A stretch of 64,000 bases of DNA from Perna viridis (Eukaryota): NCBI GenBank assembly GCA_037379345.1, contig CM074515.1, positions 21,638,001 to 21,702,000 on the forward strand, read 5' to 3'. Every line of letters begins with the position of its first letter. Position 1 is the stretch's first letter. Shown piece by piece: positions 57,091-64,000 of the stretch. A program made the translations under genes and the position numbers. The notes under the pieces are model-generated. The model was not told the origin of the DNA and did not search any database. It saw nothing but the letters and a program-made list of their open reading frames with translations.

Positions 57091-60000
57091 ATGGTTACAG
57101 GAACGATTACAGTAAAAGTCATTCCTCGGACTCGTCAACGACTAGAGAAAGAGGACCAAACCAAACATCGAAGACAGCAAATGACGCGAAAGCTGATGAA
57201 GTTGTTCTCACCAAAACAACCAACAACCATAGGCACTTGGAATGTTAGAACAATGTATCAAAGTGGCAAAAGCTTGCAAATTGCGAACGAAATGGATAGA
57301 TAAAATATCGAAATTCTAGGACTCAGCGAAGTAAGATGGAATACAGCTGGAATGACAACACTATCTTCAGGTCATACGGTCATATTCTCAGGAAATCCAA
57401 ATGAAGACGACATACATGACAAAGGCGTGGGATTCATGCTTACAAAGAAAGCCAAGAAATCGCTTTTGGAGTGGAATCCAATATCTGCAAGAGTGATATC
57501 AGCTAGATTTGACACTCGATTCCAGAAAACAACATTTATACAGGTGTATGCACCAACAAACACCGCAGACGAAGATGATAAAAATGACTTCTACAACTTA
57601 TTACAATCAGTTGTTGATGCCGTTCCTAAAAGAGACATCCTTATCATCTTAGGAGATCTGAATGCCAAAGTAGGTGATGACAGAGGAGGTAGAGAAAGGG
57701 AGATAGGACCACATGGAATAGGGCAAATGAATGAGAACGGAGAGATGTTTGCTGACTTTTGCGCTATAAACAGTCTAGTAATTGGCGGTACTTGGTTTCC
57801 ACATAAATCTTGTCATAAAACCACCTGGATTTCACCATCTGGAGACACTGAAAACCAAATAGACCACATAACAATAAGCCGTCGATGGAGATCTTCATTA
57901 CAAGATGTACGAACAAAACGTGGAGCAGACGCAGCATCAGATCACCACCTTGTAATTGGAAAAATTAAACTCAAGCTTTTAACAACAAAGAAAAGAGAGA
58001 CTACAAAAAGGAAGTTTAATGTTGAGAAGTTTAAAGATCAGAAAGTGAAAGAAAACTTCCAAATTACACTCAGGAACAGATTTAGTACTTTATTAGATCT
58101 TGACAACGAAGAAATGAACAATGATATTGATGACATCTGGAACTCAACAAAGACAGCCATTCTGGAAGCATGCGAAGAAACAGTTGGTTTCATTCAAGTG
58201 AAAAGAAAGAAATGGATGTCAGATCAAACATGGGATACAATATCTGAAAGAAGGGAAATAAAAGAAAAGTTGATGAGTGCCAAAACCAGACAGCAAAAGA
58301 AAAACCTGCAAGACCTTTACAGCGCAAAAGACAGAGAAGTGAAGAAAAGCTGTAAAAGAGATAAAAGAAACCATGCTGAAAAGTTAGCAGTAGAAGCTGA
58401 AAACGCCTGCTTAAAAGGAGACATCAAAACATTGTATAACATCACAAGACAACTCAGTGGAAAGATCTCTCAAAATGAAAATTTACCAGTCAAAGATAAA
58501 AACAATAATACCCTCACAAAGCTAGAAGATCAGCTTGACAGATGGACGGAACACTTTAGTGAGGTATTGAACAGACCACCACCAACAAATCCACCAATAC
58601 TTGAAGACGGTCCAACACTTAACATAGAGACTGACAAAATTACCGAAAATGAAGTAAGAAAAGCCCTAAAACATCTTAAGAATGGGAAAGCAGCGGGAAT
58701 CGATGGCATACCACCAGAAGCCCTCAAGTCCATGAATGACACTACCATTCAATATCTTCTTGGGCTATTAAACCAGATATGGGAAAAAGAAAAAATTCCA
58801 AAAGACTGGCAAAAGGGACTCTTGGTAAAACTACCTAAAAAGGGGGACAAATCCAATTGCAATAACTGGAGAGGAATAACTCTTTTGTCCATTCCTAGTA
58901 AAATCCTATGCAGTATAATCTTACAAAGAATGAAAGAAGAGATTGATAGCAAGCTGAGAGATGAACAAACTGGATTTAGACAAGAACGATCATGTGTCGA
59001 CCAGATTGCAACACTCAGAATAATTATTGAGCAAATGATCGAATGGCAGTCATCCCTATATCTAAACTTTATTGACTTCCAGAAAGCATTTGACAGCATA
59101 GATCATCAGGTCTTGTGGAACATTCTAGGACACTATGGGATTCCTCCTAAGATTATTTCCATGATTAAGTTACTGTATGAAGAATTCTCTTGTCAGGTCA
59201 TACATGCTGGTACTTTGACGGATCCTTTCCCTGTAAAAACTGGCGTAAGGCAAGGATGCATTCTCTCTCCCCCTTCTCTTTCTCATAGTCATCGACTGGA
59301 TAGCAACAACAGCTTACAACGACCCTCATGGTATACAATGGACACTAACATCTCGTCTAGAAGACCTCGAATTTGCAGACGACATATGCACACTATCGCA
59401 TCGTCTTCAAGATTCCCAACACCAGGTCAACCATCTCGAAGAAACAGCTAAAAGAACAGGATTGTATATCAACACAGCCAAAACCAAAGCCATGAGAATC
59501 CAACAAAACCAGATGGATCCAATATTGGTAAATAACCAACAGATAGAGAATGTAGATAAATTTACGTACCTTGGAAGTGTCATGAGTACAACTGGAGGCA
59601 CTGACGAAGATGTACAAGCCAGAAAGATGAAAGCATTACAGGCTTTTTCCATTCTAAAACCAGTATGGAAAAGTAGAACACTGAGAACGACTACTAAGAT
59701 CAAAATTTTCAACAGCAATGTTAAGTCTGTCCTGTTATATGGTTGCGAGACCTGGAGAGAAACAGAAAACACCATGAAATCTGTACAAGTCTTTGTTAAC
59801 AAGTGCCTAAGAAATATACTGAATATCAGATGGCCAGAAAAAATAACAAACAAGAAACTCTGGCAAAGAACAAAACAACAACCAATAGAAAACACCATTC
59901 GAACCCGAAAATGGAAATGGATTGGTCATACTTTAAGGAAGAACAATAAAAACACTACAAAGCAAGCTTTAGATTGGAATCCCCAAGGGCAAAGAAAAAG

Positions 60001-60154
60001 AGGAAGACCAAAGAACACCTGGAGGAGGGGTTTGAACTCTGAACTGAAGAGAGTAGGACTAACGTGGAAGAATTGTAACACCATCGCCCAAAACCGTAGC
60101 GAATGGAGAGAAACTGTAGTCGCCCTATGTCCACCCATGGACGAAATGGAATAA
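57091..60154 (+). pseudogene. RTE APE-endonuclease / reverse transcriptase ORF, disrupted by one nonsense codon (57301-57303) and one +1 frameshift (C-run 59269-59273)
   Basis: IGTWNVRTM, ILGLSEVRW, QVYAPT, GDLNAKVG, NQIDH, SDHHLV (APE). KAAGIDGI, PKKGDKSNCNNWRGITLLS, FIDFQKAFDS, GVRQGCILSP, LEFADDI, FTYLGS, LLYGCETW, RKRGRPKNTW (RT and C-terminus). Confidence 0.93.
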
Positions 60155-60900
60155 ATCATAAATCATATTATTGGAGAAAACCTTCGAATTTTAAACTTGT
60201 ACAACTGCTATCTGTTCATAATGTAAAGGAACTTAACAATTTAGGGAAGTATTTATCCCTGGCCAAGAAGGCACATAATTAAATTCATTTATAAATGAAT
60301 ATAATATAATATGCGTTATTTTTTATCATACTCTGCTGTACTGTTACTGTTATATGGGTATACTTACTTATATGATTATCTGACTGATTGTTTGAATGTA
60401 TTATATATAGTTCACTAATGTAATAGAATATTTGTAATATTCATATTCTGTAAGTTGTATTGCTTACGAATGAAAGATAATTATTATTTATGTCATCCCT
60501 TATCAATTGTACAATGGTTTGTGCATTGTGTTCTATATAGTAAACCAGAGTACCATAAGCATGTTCCTACCTAACATCAACCTACACTGGCACAGCAAAA
60601 AGACCAACAAAACAGACAGAACTCAAACACACTTTGCTTTGGGATAAGCATTTAAAATAGATACTGAACAAGGGCAGACTTGTTGACATTATAATTAAAA
60701 AGTGAAACAAAAGAAGCTTTGTCTCCATATAATCAAAAATATAGCAAAAAGCCACAAAGACAGCATTGTTCATTACATGTAAATTTGAAGCAAAGAAGCT
60801 TTGTTTCCAACTAAAAATATCTATAGCCAGTCATTGATCAGTTCTGTTTCAAAAGATCAGAAAAAACCCCTGACTGATATGTGATAGAATACAAACTTAC

Positions 60901-60966
60901 CTGTAGTATATGTGAGCTTTGCTACTGTATAGAATGTACAAATGTATCCAGAGTATTGATTCTGGC
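60901..60966 (-). other. Candidate 66-nt 5'-UTR exon of the minus-strand PPxY/beta-trefoil gene
   Basis: tcctctttaag|GCCAG...CTACAG|gtaagt: strong acceptor and donor. The first coding exon (55772-55701) has an acceptor, so an upstream exon is required. Confidence 0.5.
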
Positions 60967-61039
60967 CTTAAAGAGGATCAAACACAAATTTTATGTGGAC
61001 TTGCAATGGCTGCAAACAAAATTTCCCTAGTTTAACAGG

Positions 61040-63070
61040 CATGAAACAGCAAGTTAAGTCGATAGAAGAAACAACTAACACCAAACTCGCCACAATTTAA
61101 TATAGAATGGGTACAATTGATAGTGTAGAAAAAGTACAAGAAGAAGTATAAAACCTTCTCTCATTGAAACAATAAATGGGGAAGTAAAAAACACACTGCA
61201 AACGAATGTAAGAAAAGAAATAAGAGAAAATGAGGACCAGAAAATACTTACTATGAACCTTATTCTTTTCAATGTTCAAGAAAGCTGTGACGAACAAAGA
61301 CAAATGCATAAAGACCATGACGTTAAAATGGTGACAGATCTTTATACATTCCGCAATATTGAGTTCCCTGATATTAAGACAAACTTCAGACTGGGTAATA
61401 AAACAAGCAATAGCTGGAGACCATTGAAACTGACTTTCAACAGCAAAAAATAAAGGAAAGATATATCAGACAATGCTAAACTCAAAAATATTTCTGATGA
61501 GAGTATTATTACAAATGGACAATACTCACAATCACAGGACATCCTCATATCCCTAAACAATAGGGGTCTCCTATCAGAATCCAGTTTAGGAGACAACACT
61601 ATTATTGGTAGATTTGATGTTGAACAAACAAGACTAAGAGAATAAAAAAGGCTCATGCCTGAGGTAAAAGCCAATCAATGGCAAACAGTTTTAACATTTT
61701 AACAAGCACTGTAAATAACGGGCACTTAAAGATTATGTACAGTCATGTTGATGGTTTTAACAATAAAATGGATGAACTAATTGCATTAAATACAACAGAA
61801 AGATTCAATGTGACATGTATCACAGAGACAATGCCAAAAAACCATGTTGACTCAAATACAGATGCAAATGAGTGGAAAATAATTGGATATGACATATTCA
61901 TGTCGCCAAAAAAACATATTTACAGGAAGAGGTTGCCTTTTTTATACCAAAAGGAGGTGCAAGCCTACCAAATAGAAACTATATTAAATAAATTTGTAGA
62001 ATAAGTACAGGTTGGAATAATTGGAACATTGGGAATCAAGCTATTAATTACATATATATATATCAAACCCCCAGCACACTAAATCCAGATTGTACTGAAA
62101 AACTCGACAATTCTGGAGGAAACAGCGACCACGGAGTACTACAATTTGAATTTAACTTTGGGATTACCAAAGTATTACAAAAAAAAGATAAACTAATTTT
62201 TTTAAATGGCAACTATGATGCTATAAACAACCAATTAGCAGATTAAACTGGGATTTAGAACTGGGAAGTGGAGATGTCGATAAAATTTGGAATAGTTTTG
62301 CCGATAAAATATCAAATACTTATAAAGAAAACATACCAGAGCGCAAATGTAGACCGATATCCTTAGATACTCTGTGGATGAATGAGAAAACAAAACAGGC
62401 AGTAATAACAAAGTGTAGACTATGGAAATAAATTAAATATTGCAGAAACTCTCAAAATAAAGATAACCACGAATCTGCTAAGAGAATATCGAACAACCAA
62501 GTGAGAAGGGCAAAATATGACTATGAGCATTCCATCACAACTAAAATTAAGGACAACAGTAAGATTTTTTGGAAATATATCCAATCTAAAACATAACAAA
62601 AGAAAACACTCCAGGCATTGTTGATGATAATGGAGAACTACATACCAATGACCAAGAGAACAGCTCCTTTAAAGGTGTATTTACAAATGAAGATCCAGAT
62701 CAAGTGATTCCACCATTCCCCAATAGAACTGACCAGAAAATTGATAGCATAATATTCAATAAGGATAAAATCCAAGTATACCTAAAAAGACTGAAAGAAT
62801 CCAAATCTCCAGGACCTGACCAATTACACCCAAAATATCTAAAAGAGACAGCTAGGAGTCAAGCAGAACCCCTAAACCTAATATTTGCCAAGTCATTAGA
62901 AACTATGAAAATACCCACAAGTCGAAGAATGGCTAATGTGTCTCCTATCCACAAAAAGGGCTCCAAAACTACAGTATCAAACTATCGTAAAATAAGTTTG
63001 ACCTCTGTAATCTGTAAAACCATGGAAACAATTTGTGAGAGACTAACTAATGGAAAACATGGAAAGTAAC
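61040..63070 (+). mobile_element. Decayed CR1-type LINE (ORF1 remnant plus APE and start of RT)
   Basis: NLILFNVQES...FRLG...RPLKLTF (ORF1). NNKMDEL...CITET, GNSDH, KIFWKYI, KSPGPDQLHPKYLKE, ANVSPIHKKGSK..SNYRKISLTSVICKTME (ORF2). Many stops and frameshifts. Confidence 0.85.
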
Positions 63071-63079
63071 ATGGCTTTA

Positions 63080-64000
63080 ATAATAATACTTTATTTCAAG
63101 AGGGTAACACAGTTAGTAAATACACTAATCTTCCTAAGGCCCTCAACAGTAAACAAATACAAAAAATCAATAATACATATTGTTTAAAATACATGGTAAC
63201 ATAGAGTCACACAAAAACAAAAAACATCAACTCTGTTTGCTGAGTAAATAGCATCTTAATCTGTTTTTAAAAATTTGGCAGTTTTTGGAATTTCTTACAA
63301 TTGTTGGTAGGTTGTTCCACAGAGTTGGACCAGAGTAACTAAAAGATCTTTTGTAGAGTTGAGTTTTCGTTCTAGGAATAGACAAGTTACCCTTGATTGT
63401 GTTTCGTAATTAGTAAGAGTTGTTATCAGATATATATATACTTGATCTTATTAGAGAGATAAGATGGAGCTTCATTTCTTATACTTTTAAAAATTAGAAC
63501 ACATTTGTGATATATCATCCTATTTTCAACTGTCAACCATTCTAGTGTTTTTAACAAGGGCGCAGATGGTGCAAGGAAATCTGTATTGCGCAGCCCTTTT
63601 TTGCAGTTTAAAAATGCGGCTCAGATTTTCCAGACTAGTTACCCCAAATAACTAAACAATAATCAATGAGAGGTAAATTATAGCCTGAATAAAAAAGCTT
63701 CTTTGAATCAAGATTTAGAAATTTCTTTATCTTAGATAGCAGATAAATATGACAGGATATCTTTAGACATACATCTTCTATCTGCTTTGACCAGCATAAT
63801 TGAGGATCTATCATAACACCTATTAACTTCTCACAATTGGAGTTTTTAATAATATTAGAGTTTATTGTAAATGATGGAGCATCACTTTGTGACAAGATTT
63901 TCTGTCTAGTTCCAATTAACATACATTTTGTTTTAGCAGTTTATGAACATCTTATTACTTTCGCACCATTTTTCTATTTCCACTAGGTCTTGTTGTATTT
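63080..64000 (-). mobile_element. 3' part of an L2/CR1-group LINE on the minus strand, running off the window
   Basis: KTKCMLIGTRQK...CEKLIGVMIDPQLCWSKQI...LPLIDYC.VIWG and downstream RSFSYSGPTLWN; ends in a hairpin-like 3' UTR with AATAAAG(TAT)n tail near 63080. Confidence 0.8.

Larger units (their letters stand above)
56478..60163 (+). mobile_element. Full-length RTE-clade non-LTR retrotransposon (3686 bp) with a 14-bp target-site duplication
   Basis: TSD CATATTATTGGAGA at 56464-56477 and 60164-60177. About 600-nt structured 5' UTR, single APE-RT ORF, very short 3' UTR with an (ATAAATC)2 tail. Confidence 0.95.
56170..60290 (+). mobile_element. Old non-LTR retrotransposon 3' fragment (RTEX-like C-terminal Cys/His domain, clade uncertain), split by the RTE insertion into 56170-56477 and 60178-60290
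   Basis: ISAHCLKIETGRY...LC...IEDEYHFILVCEKYNELRKKFIKPYYWR continues in frame after the TSD as KPSNFKLVQLLSVHNVKELNNLGKYLSLAKKAHN*. Confidence 0.75.

Noticed and set aside
58530-60159. Several minus-strand ORFs (72-163 aa) over the RTE
   Set aside because: These are antisense shadows of the A-rich RT coding strand with no protein-like motifs.

Overview
AT-rich, intron-rich animal genomic DNA. The repeat families and gene set suggest a bivalve mollusc, probably Mytilus-like (inference). The window holds six spliced or single-exon genes: (1) the last three coding exons of a PHLDB/LL5 PH-domain gene (+); (2) an intronless, secreted, about 33% Asp/Glu orphan protein (+); (3) a complete 10-exon alkaline phosphatase with no GPI-anchor tail (+); (4) CCDC153/DRC12 (-, 6 exons), head-to-head 278 bp from (5) UFC1 (+, 5 exons); (6) an unnamed 233-aa protein with a PPxY motif, an amphipathic helix and a probable beta-trefoil (-, 7 coding exons). 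Mobile DNA includes a full-length, nearly intact RTE-clade LINE (56478-60163, perfect 14-bp TSD) nested in an older LINE, Penelope-like (Naiad-type) RT relics, CR1/L2 relics, a Helentron-like element with internal tandem repeats, and several MITEs. Two signals stand out. First, a predicted HDV-like self-cleaving ribozyme whose cleavage site falls exactly on the first nucleotide of the RTE element. Second, intronic tandem arrays in three different genes whose repeat units are copies of the neighbouring exon/intron junction. All exon coordinates and alignments were worked out by hand; no database searches were run.
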